DNA of 57,560 nucleotides, filler included, from Squatina squatina (taxonomy: Eukaryota): assembly GCA_031763465.1 (NCBI GenBank). It is 4 parts of 4 records of this genome, joined end to end, with 100 filler letters (N's around TTAATTAATTAA, not from the genome) between each part and the next. Parts side by side here need not be neighbours in the genome. Positions count along the whole stretch, not along the records: positions 42,209 to 57,560 come from JARFOE010000232.1; 3 more parts are not named here. One strand, 5' to 3'. A program made the position numbers and the translations under genes. The first letter of the stretch is position 1; each line of letters opens with the position of its first letter. Shown here piece by piece: positions 46,063 to 57,560 of the stretch. Below the pieces are notes generated by a model. That model had not been told where the DNA came from. It worked only from the letters and a program-made list of their open reading frames with translations, and did no database searches.

Positions 46063-48604
46063 TAGAAGTGTGGAACTCTCTCCCACACAAAGAGTGGTAG
46101 ATGTGTGGAACTCTCTCCCACACAAAGGGTGGTAGAATTTTGGAACTATCTCCCACACAAAGGGTTGTAGAAGTGTGGAATTCGCTCCACACAAAGGATG
46201 GTAGAAGTGTGGAACTCACCCACACAAAGGGTGGTAGAAGTGTGGAACTCTCTCACACAAAGTGGGGTAGAAGTGTGGAACTGACTGACACAAAGGTGGT
46301 AGAACTGTGGAACTCACCCATACAAAGGGTGCTTGAAGTGTGGAACTCAACGACACATAGAGAGGTAGAATTGTGGAACACTCTCCCAGAGAAAGGGTGA
46401 CAGAAGTGTGGAGCTCACCCACACAAAGTGTGGTACAAGTGTGGAACTCACCCACACAAAGGGTGGTAGAAGTGTGGAACTCTTTCCCCACAAAAGATGG
46501 TAGAAGTGTGGAACTCTCTCCACACAAAGGGTGGTAGAAGTGTGGAACTCACCCACACAAAGGGAGGTAGAAGTGTGGAACTCTTTCCCCACAAAAGATG
46601 GTAGAAGTGTGGAACTCTCTCCACACAAAGGATGGTAGAAGTGTGGAACTCACCCACACAAAGGATGGTAGAAGTGTGGAACTCATCCACACAAAGGGAG
46701 GTAGAAGTGTGGAACTCACCCACACAAAGGGTGGTAGAAGTGTGGAACTCTCTCCCACACAAAGAGTGGTAGATGTGTGGAACTCTCTCCCACACAAAGG
46801 GTGGTAGAANNNNNNNNNNNNNNNNNNNNNNNNNNNNNNNNNNNNNNNNNNNNNNNNNNNNNNNNNNNNNNNNNNNNNNNNNNNNNNNNNNNNNNNNNNN
46901 NNNNNNNNNCAAAGGGTGGTAGAAGTGTGGAACTCATCCACAAAAAGGGAGGTAGAAGTGTGGAACTCACCCACACAAAGGATGGTAGAAGTGTGGAACT
47001 CTCGCTCACACAAAGGGTGGTAGAAGTGTGGAACTCTCGCTCACACAAAGCGTGGTAGAAGTGTGGAAATCTCTGCACACCAAGGGAGGTAGAAGTGTGG
47101 AACTCTCCCACACAAAGGGGGGTAGAAGTGTGGAACTGACCGACACAAAAGTGGTAGAACTGTGGAACTTACCCACACAAAGGGTGGCAGTTGTGTGGAA
47201 CTCACCCACACAAAGTGTGCTTGAGTGTGGAACTCAACGACACATAGAGAGGTAGAACTGTGGAACACTCTCCCAGAGAAAGGGTGACAGAAGTGTGGAT
47301 CTCTCCCACACAAAGTGTGGTAGAAATGTGGAACTCTCTCCCACACAAAGGGTTGTAGAAGTGTGGAGCTCACCCACACAATGGGTGGTAGAAGTGTGGA
47401 ACACAACCACACAAAGGATGGTAGAAGTGTGGAACTCACCCACACACAGGGTGGTAGAAGTGTGGAACTCACACACACAAAGGGTGGTAGAAGTGTGGAA
47501 CTCTCTCCACACAAAGGGTGGCAGAAGTGTGGAACTCTCTCCACACAAAGGGTGGTAGAAGTGTGGAACCAACCCACACAAAGGGTGCTAGAAGTGTGGA
47601 ACTAACCCACACAAAGGTTGGTAGAAGTGTGGAACTCACCCACAGAAAGGGTGGTCGAAGTGTGGAACTCTCTCCCACTCAAAGGGTGGTAGAAGTGTGG
47701 AACACACCCACACAAAGCGAGGTAGAAGTGTGGAACTCACCCACACAAAGGGTGGAAGAATTGTGGAACTCTCTCTACACACAAATGGTGGTAGAATTGT
47801 GGAAATCTCCTACCCACCAAGTGTGGTAGAAGTGTGGAACTCACCAACACAAAGTGTGGTAGAAGTGTGGAACTCTCTCTCACACAAAGCGTGGTAGAAG
47901 TGTGGAAATCTCTGCACACAAAGGGAGGTAGAAGTGTGGAACTCTCTCCCACACAAAGGGTGGTAGAATTGTGGAAATCTCTCCCACACAAAGGATGGTA
48001 GAAGTGTGGAACTCTCTCCACACAAAGAATGGTAGAAGTGTGGAAATCTCTCCACACAAAGGGTGGTAGAATTGTGGAACTCTCTCCCACACAAAGGGTG
48101 GTAGAAGTGTGGAACTCGCTCCACACAAAGGATGGGAGAAGTGTGGAACTCTCTCCCACATAAAGGGTGGTAGAATTGTGGTACTCTCTCTCCACACAAA
48201 GGGTGGTAGAAGTGTGGAGCTCAGCCACACAAAGGGTGGTGGAAGTGTGGAACACACCCACACAAAGGATGGTAGAAGTGTGGAACTCACCCACACACAG
48301 GGTGGTAGAAGTGTGGAACTCACAGACACAAAGGGTGGTAGAAGTGTGGAACTCTCTCCACACACAGGGTGGAAGAATTGTGGAACTATCTCCACACAAA
48401 GTGTGGTAGAAGTGTGGAACTCTCTCCCACACAAAGGGTGGTAGAAGTGTGCAACTCACCTACACAAAGAGTGGTAGAATTGTGGAAATCCCTCCCACGC
48501 AAAGGGTGGTAGAAGTGTGGAACTCACCCACACAAAGGGAGGTGGAAGTGTGGAACTCCCCCACACAAAGGGTGGTAGAATTGTGGAACTCTCTCTCCAA
48601 ACAA
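46063..48604 (+). repeat. 33-35 bp minisatellite (roughly 70 visible copies) derived from CR1 ORF2
   Basis: Unit ACACAAAGGGTGGTAGAAGTGTGGAACTC(TCT/A)CCC encodes TQRVVEVWNSLP; one gap at 46810-46909. Confidence 0.95.
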
Positions 48605-49228
48605 NNNNNNNNNNNNNNNNNNNNNNNNNNNNNNNNNNNNNNNNNNNNNNNNNNNNNNNNNNNNNNNNNNNNNNNNNNNNNNNNNNNNNNNNNNNNNNNN
48701 NNNNCTACGGGCAGTTTTGTTCAATTCACTAAGAACTAGGCTCACACCACCTCCAACTAACTTCATATTGGAGCATTACAGCTGGTTCACACCTCGGTGC
48801 CTGAGATAAAAGGAGTGTCAGACCCACTGCACAGCCAGCTCCCTTCCTTCCTTCCCAGTATTCCACCTTCAAAAGCTTCCATCGAGGTTGCATCTCTCAA
48901 GTTGAAAGCCATTGTGAGTAGGTTCAGGGCTGCAGAATTCACTTCCATCAATACACATTATATCATGACTTTATTCTTATGAAAACCCTGGTAACAAGAA
49001 AATCTTCAGCCTTCAACATATTTTCTGGTATTAATTTTGCAAAAGTAAAGTGTTGAATCATGGTGACGGGTTCAGAGTAATTACAAGGTCGGATTTATGC
49101 TATTTGTGTGCAGAATGCCCAATAATATCTTGGGACTGTAAGTGTTTGGTAGTCAGCCTATAAAGAGGACATTCATTCAATGGACGGAATGCCCATGTTA
49201 ATTTATTTTTATTAATTTTTTTTCTCAG

Positions 49229-49408
49229 AAGTCACTTGGCGAAGCTGTCATGTTGGCTGGGGCTGAGCTGACAGAGCTGGATTTGAGTGATAATGCATTT
49301 GGACCGGATGGAATTCAGAGCTGCAAAGATCTTCTGAAGAACAGGAGCTGCTACACCCTCAAGGAGCTGAGACTTAATAACTGTGGTCTTGGAACTGAAG
49401 GAGGGAAG
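49229..49408 (+). CDS. RANGAP1: RanGAP1-like LRR exon (180 nt, phase 0-0)
   Basis: ttttttctcag|...AAG|gtacag; [60 protein letters not shown], with the diagnostic [12 protein letters not shown]; orthology versus paralogy uncertain. Confidence 0.88.
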
Positions 49409-50394
49409 GTACAGAGTGCAGACAGAAAAGCCCTCTTGTATATTGGTCATGTTGGGATTTCATAATTAATATGAAACAGTTGACATTATTGTAGCTTAAT
49501 CATCTGAAGAATATTTTCCTCTAGAGTGTTCTGCCAAACATTTCTTTTAAAAAAATTAATAAATTATTCACCTTCAACACAAAGCAGCTCAATTAACCAG
49601 CTTGTTGTGGTGACCTGGTAAGGTGCAAAGGCAAGGAGCTAGTATTAACGGAAAATGGATCAATACATCATTTTATTCTCATGCCTGATAAACTGCGGAA
49701 CTCAGTATTAAAACGAGTTCAATTAAAATCCTTGTGGGGACCTTAAAATGCAAAATGAGCACCAAGCTTAAAAATAAAACAAATGAGCTTCTCGTTTAAC
49801 ATAGAACATNNNNNNNNNNNNNNNNNNNNNNNNNNNNNNNNNNNNNNNNNNNNNNNNNNNNNNNNNNNNNNNNNNNNNNNNNNNNNNNNNNNNNNNNNNN
49901 NNNNNNNNNGGGCCTTGCATGGCCGATCATTTTAATTTTGGAAAATTTGCTTTACATAGCGCACCAATAACTTAAGACGTATTAGTGCTGAGAATCCATT
50001 ATGAAATGACCATTAATCCTTGGTAGGATTACCCTAACTAATTCAATTTACAGCATAACCTAGCACATATGATCTGCAAGCATCAAGACAGTGGGTTCGA
50101 TCAGCTGCACGGTAGATGGTGGATCTTGTGCAGTACGCGATGATAAAACTTTTTACCAAGTCATGTTTACATAATACCTGTGGCATTTACTATGTACAAC
50201 AAATCAATAATGGATGCTCGTCTGCATAATGAGAGCCAGAGTGGCCATTAAATCTTCTAAATATACTATACTGTTTCATTCCAGCTGTCTGGGGAGAATC
50301 TTCCAATTTCTTCCAATCTGCTAACCAAAATAACTTATGTGCCCTCCGCCGTCAAGGTTAGACTCACCCTTTCTGGGTGTCAGTAACCCTTTCC

Positions 50395-50600
50395 ATGGCT
50401 CAGTGACTCTCCCCTCTGAGTCAGAAGGCTGTGGACTCAAGTCGCGCTCCAGAGACTTCAACACAAAGATCCAAGCTGACACTCCCAGTGCAGTACTGAG
50501 GGAGTGTTGCACTGTCGGAGGTGCCGTCTTTCAGATGAGGTGTTAAACCGAGGCCCGGTCTGCCCTGTCGGATGGATGTAAAACATCCAATGGCACTACT
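50395..50600 (+). mobile_element. DeuSINE (SacSINE1-like), 5' half
   Basis: tRNA-derived head ggctcagtg...ctgagtcagaagg...tcaagtc, then gagggagtgttgcactgtcggaggtgccgtctttc. Confidence 0.8.
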
Positions 50601-52714
50601 ATCGATGTCCTATGTGTAAAACTCTGAATCCCATATCTGATGAGGTGCAGCTCTCCATTGCTAGCACCTGTTCCCTTGGCAAAGCTCACTCATGGAATAT
50701 ATTTCTCTCATACTCAGCTACAAGCATTTCAAACAGATGTTGCAATAATACTAAACCACACTGCAGGGCATCATTGTCACACCATTATAAGTAAACCTTT
50801 ACAAATCAGGTTTACGGCTGAGCATGAAAGGAAATATTTTTGGGGTTTTTTTTGGACTTGACATCGTACACTAGGATGAAAGCTCAACTCAACTCGATTC
50901 CAATCAATCCAAAGTCTGAGGTATAAATTTGTCTTGGGCCGGTGTGCATTACGGGCAATAATGAATTGGTGGTTCGTTTTGCACTCAGCCTGATTGCCTT
51001 TTCCAATGTGGATTTGTGCCCTTTGGTTTCAGTTCAGTTTATTTCCTTTTATTAATGATGAGTACTTATTGTGCAATTGGTCATTGTGCTTCAGTCATTC
51101 TGTGTGAGCACACTGAAATATTGAGATTAGGCACTAAAACAAGCTTATGCCCTACTGTGTTTCTTTCTATGTGTTTGCTATTAGCAGCTGGAAGACAGCA
51201 ATGGTCAGTGATTTTTATTTTTAGTTCTTTTTCTGTTTGCATTTATTATTTCTGTTGGCCCAGCTGACTTTCATGGATAATTTCTCTTGTGATTTATTAA
51301 TGGGTTTGCATCTGAAGCATCTCTTTCTACTGTGATTTAGTGAGGACTGTCTATCCAAGATATTTGTTTCCCTTATGGCCCCGCAAACCCTCTGCATCTG
51401 CTTCTTTCTTGATCTCGGAAGGGCTAAGCTCCAAAACATTCCTTTGTGGTTTAGTGAGGACTAGGAGTTCGAGGCATCCATTTCTCTGGTGGACTAGGGC
51501 GGTCCAGGTGGACATCTGAGTCCTTTGCCCTTCTGATCCCATGAGGCCTACGCCCATAGGATCCACTTCCTTTGTGGCCTGCTGAATATGATTGGATTAA
51601 GGGCATTGTTTCTCCCGTGTGTTCTAGAAAACTCTTACTACTAGCATCTGTCTACTTGTGTATGTACATATGTATCTAGCTCTGCATGAATTTGTGTTTT
51701 TATCTATTTAATTATTTCTAGAACAGATTCTGACAATTACATGTTGGTGTTTTTTTTAGGGGCAGAAATTGAGGATTGAATTCTAATGCTGTAAAATGTA
51801 TAATGACAATATCTATTGTCCCCAAAATATTCTCCAAACAAAGTAAAGTATGCATTGTGTGCATTGTAATAATAGTACATGCACATTAAGTTTAGTCTAG
51901 TGAATAAAACTGAATTATCTAGGGATTGCCAACCCTGCCCGCACCCACTGCCCCCCCGCCCCCCACAAAAAAAGCATTGAATTTTTTTCGGCAAAGCAGA
52001 ATACATATTTACTGAGTTAATTTAGCCAGTTCATAACAATGTTACTAGTGTTATTTTACCATCACACGCATGGCTTGTTTACTTACTGACGCATAAAAGA
52101 TAATCATGATACCTGCCAAATAAGTAATTCATCTCAATGTTTGTATCACAGCTATAGAACCTTCATGCCTATGATGCTTTAATCAATGCTCTCCAAATTC
52201 ACTATTTTGAAAGTGCACTGAACTGTGAAACAAATTCTATTTTAAATGACAGAACAAGTAGCAGGATGTTGCATTGGTGACCTCCAGTGTGTTGAGTTCT
52301 CCCATGCATATGAAAGAAGACCAGCCTCATCTTCTGTTCATTAATCACTGCTGAGTTCAGAATTAAACACCTTCGAGGATGCAGCCCACACCGTCGAACC
52401 ATTTGTATTTCTTTTCCTTGAGTGAATTATAAATGATCAGTAAAAGCATGCTCACGCCTGTCAGGTGTCTCGTAGTTTGGTTATGTTCTGTACTGATAAA
52501 CTGGAGTGCTCTCGGTGACTGGGCTGAGTTGAATGCTTTCATTAACATGCAGATTTGGGATTTTATTTCCTTCCTCACACTAGTCCGTTATTCTCAATGT
52601 CTGTTGAGCCTGCAGCCAAGTATTCAACCTACAGCACCATTTCTAATTCTTGACTCCTGGCAATCTGGCATGCTAGTAATCCAGAGGTCCTGGACTAATG
52701 ATCTGAAGAAAACA

Positions 52715-52896
52715 AAAGCAAAATACTGCAGATGCTGGAATCTGAAATAAAAACAGAAAACGCTGGAAATACTCAGCAGGTCAGGCAGCATCTGTAGAGA
52801 GAGGAACAGAGTTAACGTTTCAGAACTGGGCTGACGAAGGGTCATCAACCTGAAACATTAACTCTGTTTCTTTCTCCACAGATGCTGCCTGACCTG
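52715..52896. mobile_element. inverted pair of Penelope-like terminal repeats
   Basis: 47-bp arms at 52777-52823 and 52850-52896 (43/47 complementary); ctgacga...gaaac hammerhead core from 52831. Confidence 0.8.
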
Positions 52897-52996
52897 NNNN
52901 NNNNNNNNNNNNNNNNNNNNNNNNNNNNNNNNNNNNNNNNNNNNNNNNNNNNNNNNNNNNNNNNNNNNNNNNNNNNNNNNNNNNNNNNNNNNNNNN

Positions 52997-53850
52997 CTAA
53001 ATCAAATCTCGGATTCGTAAAATTGGCCTTCCCCAATAGAGAACTTTTGCACCTGGTTTATCTTTGTCCCTTTCCATAACTACTAAACTTAACTGAGTTA
53101 TGATCACTACCGCCAAAATGCTGATACCCCTTCCACCTGCCCAGATTCATTCCCTAAAACAAAATCCAAAACCAGCCACTTTCTTGCTGGGCTTGTTGTG
53201 TACTGGCTAAAAATGTTTTCCTGAATGTATTTTAAGAATTCTGTGCCCTCTATTCCTTTTATTAATTCTATCCCAGTTAATATTCGGGAAGTTGAAGTCC
53301 CCTGCTATTACTGCCCTATTGTTTTCGCACTTCTCAGAAACTTGTTTACCTATTTGCTCTTCTATCTCCCTCTGACTGTTTGGGGGTCAATTGTACACTA
53401 CAGCAATGTGATTGCCCATTTTTTTGTTCTCCAGTTCAACCCATATGGCCTCATTTGATGATCCTTCGAACATATCAGCCCTCCTCACAGCTATAATTAT
53501 TTCTTGAATCAACATTGTGACCCCCCACACCTCCTTTTTTATCCCTTTCTGTATATTGCCTGAAAACCCTGTAAGCAGGAATGCCGAGCTGCCATTCCTG
53601 CCCTTCTTTCAGCCATGTCTCAGTAATAGTTATGATATCGTACTCCGACGTGTCTATCTGTGCCCTCAGCTCCTCTGCTTTATTCACTAGACTGCTTGTA
53701 TTGAAGTACAAACCATTAAGCTCTGCCAAATCCCTTTGTTGTCTATTTTCTAGCCTGCATTTCTTCTGCCTTTCAAACTCACTTACTAACTTACTGCCTT
53801 CCATTTCCAGCTTTGCCTCTCTCGCTTCTGAATCTATGCCTAGGTTCCCA
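52997..53850 (-). mobile_element. CR1 ORF2 endonuclease region
   Basis: GLYFNTSSLVNKAEELRAQI...DIITITETWLKEGQEWQLGIPAYRVFR. Confidence 0.9.
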
Positions 53851-54687
53851 TATTCTCAGAACCCACAGATCTTATTCTTCTCCAATTAATGTCCTTTGAA
53901 TCAGACTACCAGCCAGATAGGATAAGATCAAAATTCATAAATACAATTAAAAATTAAGTTGGGTGATCATATCCACTTGATGAGGTCATATTCTCAAATG
54001 CAGTCAATAACACTTAATGGAATTCAAATGTTTCCTACAACGATCAATTAAACACAATCTTCTAATGAGGCAAAGATGGAGACGCATGATGTTTGCATTT
54101 TGCTTTGCAAGCTCCACTTCATTTACGCATTAGCAGACACACAGTGGCTAATTGTGTATCTTTATCAGGATGAAACATTTGTCTGTTTATATTGCAGCAG
54201 CCATTTGCAGTTTACAACAGCGTACTCATCTTAAGAGATTGATGTGCACCTTGGTTTAACTCAAACCGCCTCACACCGTCTGATGTGTTTTAGAGGCAGT
54301 GAGCACGCCCAGACCTTTGCAAAGGTTGGTATTTCACATCCCTGCTGCTTGATCACAGTAACCTCCTCTGCTCTACCTCATCATGTCCAACTCACACACG
54401 CTGTTTGCAGTTGAAGTAACCAGGCCGTTTGAGTAAAACATACTAAATTAACATGCATTCCTCTGACTCCAGACTTTTTGTACAGTCCTCCCTCCATTGG
54501 TTGCAGAGTGTTCAGCTGGCTCGGCCATACTGTCTAGAATTCCCTCCTTAAATCTCCTCCCGCCGTTAAAAACATTCTGAAAACTTATCTCTTGACCAAG
54601 GTTTAAGTAGCCCCTTTTAATCTATCCCTTCCTTGTTTAATGTCTGTACTTTTCACGGCTATCAATAACATGCCTTTAAGTTATATA

Positions 54688-54995
54688 GGAACATGAATCA
54701 GCCATCCAGCCCCTTGAGGCTGTTCCTCCATTCAGTTAAATCATGGCTGATTGTACCTCAACTCCATTTACCCACCTTTGTTCCATATCCCTTAGTACCT
54801 TTACCTAAAAAAAAAACTATCGATCTCAGTCGTGGAAAAATTCAATTGACCCAGCATTCGCAGACTTTTGGGACAGCAAGTTCCAGATTTCCAATAGCCT
54901 TTCCGTGAAAACTTGGTTCCTTATTTCATTCCTGAATGGCCTAGCTCTAGTTTTATGACTTATGCCCCCTTCTTTTCGATTCCCCACCAGAGGAG
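54688..54995 (-). mobile_element. CR1 3' end
   Basis: Homologous to 44128-44385. Confidence 0.75.
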
Positions 54996-55089
54996 CCTAA
55001 AAAAAAACTTAGATATCTCGTGAAAATGATTGTGTGGTGTTATACATGTNNNNNNNNNNCACATTGGAGAGATTATGTACTTTGCATCT

Positions 55090-55285
55090 AATGTACCACA
55101 AGGAGTGGTTGAGGCAAATAGCATAGATGCATTTAAGGGGAAGCTAGATAAGCACATGAAATGAAAACAGATAGAAGGATATATTAATGGGGTTAGATGA
55201 AGAGGGTAGGAGGAGACTTGTGTGGAGCATTAGCACTGGCAGGAACCTATTTGACTGAATGGCCTGTTTCTGTGCTGTAAATACT
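55090..55285 (+). mobile_element. CR1 3' end
   Basis: [21 protein letters not shown] followed by the 3' tail. Confidence 0.85.
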
Positions 55286-55626
55286 TTATAACTTTAAAAT
55301 GTATTTCGTTTCCCAGGTGCTCCTTCTCCTTTTCGTATTTCTTTTAAAACATTTGTAGTCTAAATACTGTTCATCAAAAATTTTAGTTCCACAAAAATAT
55401 TTGTCTAAATAAAACATATTAGCTGCAATATGTACATATTTAAATGTGCAATCTTCTATATGTGATCCACTTGCTTTTAGATAATTGCTATGCAAGATGG
55501 GAAGATTGAAATCCAAGGTACCTACCNNNNNNNNNNNNNNNNNNNNNNNNNNNNNNNNNNNNNNNNNNNNNNNNNNNNNNNNNNNNNNNNNNNNNNNNNN
55601 NNNNNNNNNNNNNNNNNNNNNNNNNN

Positions 55627-55740
55627 TCACCACCCTCTGAGTGAAGAAATTCCTCCTCATCTCAGTCCTAAATGGCCAACCACTTATTCTGAGAGTGTGC
55701 CCCCTGGTTCTAGACTCCCCAGTCAGGGGAAACAACATCT
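55627..55740 (-). mobile_element. CR1 ORF2 C-terminal fragment
   Basis: LFPLTGESRTRGHTLRISGWPFRTEMRRNFFTQRVV. Confidence 0.9.
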
Positions 55741-56432
55741 ATTCAGTCACTCACACACTGTCTTGTTGGGTGAACAGATCGTAAAAGGCTTTTCCTTCAA
55801 ACATTCCTCCAGGCATGGCATTGCCAAGGGAAGAAAATGAAACCTTTCTCCATCTATGGAACTCCAAATAAGAAAAAAACCTTTGAATATCTCGGTTTCT
55901 GTATCCTTACGTCTTTAGTTCATTGTGTTTTATTGGATTTGATCTGATTCTACTTTCACTGTGTTCAGCTCTACATACAGAACTGCTCGACTGCCTTATA
56001 AAATATTCAGAGGCTGTCAGAGTGTATTTTTTTTAGTTGACAGAATATGTCACTCAGTTTGCAAGATAGTGATAGGCTTCCCTGCAATTCCCCATGAGGA
56101 CAGCCTGATTTCTGCTGTCACTCTGTAATCTGCTGCTTGCATCTGCACTGGGGGGAAGACTGTGTCCTACCTGCCCTGAATTGAAATGATATATTATGCC
56201 TTTCTTTTGTTTTGCTAATTTCCAATTTCCCTTCCTCTTCCCTGCTCCTCTCCGAAGCTGCTGCCTTTTTGATGATGTGCAGTTCAACACCTGTAAGACG
56301 CACACTCTGCTTGCTCCCCAACCTGGAGTCTTNNNNNNNNNNNNNNNNNNNNNNNNNNNNNNNNNNNNNNNNNNNNNNNNNNNNNNNNNNNNNNNNNNNN
56401 NNNNNNNNNNNNNNNNNNNNNNNNNNNNNNNN

Positions 56433-56615
56433 CCAAAATAACTTAAAAAAATCCAGATTATCTGATCACTATCACATTGCTGCTTGTGGGACCTTATACT
56501 GGCTGCCACATTTCCTGCATTACAACAATGAGTGCACTTCAAAAGTACTTCATTGGCTGTAAAGTGTTTTGGGATGTCTTGAAGTCATGAAAGGCGCTAT
56601 ATAAATGCAAATTTT
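56433..56615 (+). mobile_element. DeuSINE (SacSINE1-like), 3' end
   Basis: cacttcaaaagtacttcattggctgtaaag...gaaaggcgctatataaatgcaa. Confidence 0.8.
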
Positions 56616-56969
56616 CTCTTAACCGTGGAAGTCGATTAAAATCTATTTCTTACAGATTTCTCTTGTGGAATTTAATCAATGGCGCCACATCTGATAAGAC
56701 TGGTTAAACATCATGTCTCATTTATATTGAGTCTGGGAGAGTTGCCCTTTCAGACTAGGTTCTCGCAGATCACCAGTGATTGATTGTATGCCTGTTAGAA
56801 ACCACTTTGCAATAAGATCAACATATATGTACTGTCATTCACAAATCAGGCAAAGCCAGAAGTGCGAGCTCCCTGGTGTGCTTATAACACTATAACTGGT
56901 ACATGATTTGATGTCTCTGTGCTGCAGGGCACTTTGAAATGTTTCTCTGTTTGGCCCTTTCCTTTTTAG

Positions 56970-57128
56970 CTTATTGGAACTTTGGAGGAAGTACAGATGC
57001 CACAGAATGGAATTACCCACGTGGGCATCAGTGCTCTGGCCAGGGCCTTCACCAAGAACACCAACCTCCAAGTTCTCAACCTCAATGACAACACCTTCAC
57101 CGAAACAGGGGCTGTCTCCATGGCAGAG
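56970..57128 (+). CDS. RANGAP1: RanGAP1-like LRR exon (159 nt, phase 0-0)
   Basis: ccctttcctttttag|...GAG|gtatgt; [53 protein letters not shown] versus RanGAP1 VIGTLEEVHMPQNGI...[18 protein letters not shown]. Confidence 0.9.
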
Positions 57129-57269
57129 GTATGTGCGTGCATGTGGAGAAATACTGAGGGTAAGAGCTGCTTTTTCACCGCCCCATTGCTGCGGAGAGGC
57201 GCTAAGTGGAACCCCTGGGAGGGGAGAAAGGAGGAGAGAGTGAAAATCAGGAATGGAGTAGTCAATGAT

Positions 57270-57455
57270 CTTACACAGTATTTACAGCACACAAACATGC
57301 CATTTGGCCCAACTGGTCCATGCCGCTGTTCCTGCTCCACACGAGCCTCCTCCCACTCCTCTTCGTGTCTCACTATCAGCATATCCTTCTATTCCTTTCT
57401 TCCTCGCGTGTTTATCCAGCTTCCCCTTAAATCCATCTATGCTATTCACCTCAAC
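57270..57455 (-). mobile_element. CR1 3' end
   Basis: Reverse-complement homolog of 55090-55285. Confidence 0.8.
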
Positions 57456-57560
57456 CTAGCATGACCAGATTTTGGGAAAGCCAAATCATCACTATACTTA
57501 CCTGCCAGCTGCATGGCGAGATGGCGCCTGCGCAGTCCGGGCTCCTCGGAGACGGCGCCT

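Noticed and set aside
46063-48604. CRISPR array, or repetitive protein gene suggested by many overlapping ORFs
   Set aside because: Units are contiguous with no unique spacers, there are no cas genes and the context is vertebrate. The ORFs shift frame with unit length and simply reflect a stop-poor repeat.
50395-50460. tRNA gene
   Set aside because: Degenerate tRNA-derived SINE head that continues into a SINE body; no cloverleaf.
20951-57128. ARHGAP31-RanGAP synteny as a GAP gene cluster
   Set aside because: Two artificial linkers separate the genes, so there is no evidence of real adjacency.

Overview
Eukaryotic, repeat-rich DNA, most likely from a cartilaginous fish (inferred from SacSINE1/DeuSINE-type SINEs, CR1, L2, RTE, Penelope-like and PIF/Harbinger repeats). 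The assembly is fragmented: short contigs are joined by 100-N gaps. Three artificial N44-TTAATTAATTAA-N44 linkers (13372, 27584, 42153) split the window into at least four probably unrelated ~14-15 kb scaffolds. Two host genes are recognisable from exons with canonical splice sites, both on the + strand. ARHGAP31/CdGAP has coding exons at 20951-21053, 24616-24718 and 27091-27236. A divergent RanGAP1-like gene has exons at 49229-49408 and 56970-57128. The rest is mostly decayed transposons. Notable items are a ~2.5 kb minisatellite built from a CR1 ORF2 motif, minimal hammerhead ribozyme motifs in Penelope-like ends, a Harbinger family with a covarying subterminal hairpin, and a contig with an 18-bp terminal repeat around ARHGAP31 exon 2. 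There is no CRISPR array or prokaryotic system. Family assignments are from recall of motifs, with no database search, and repeat boundaries are approximate.
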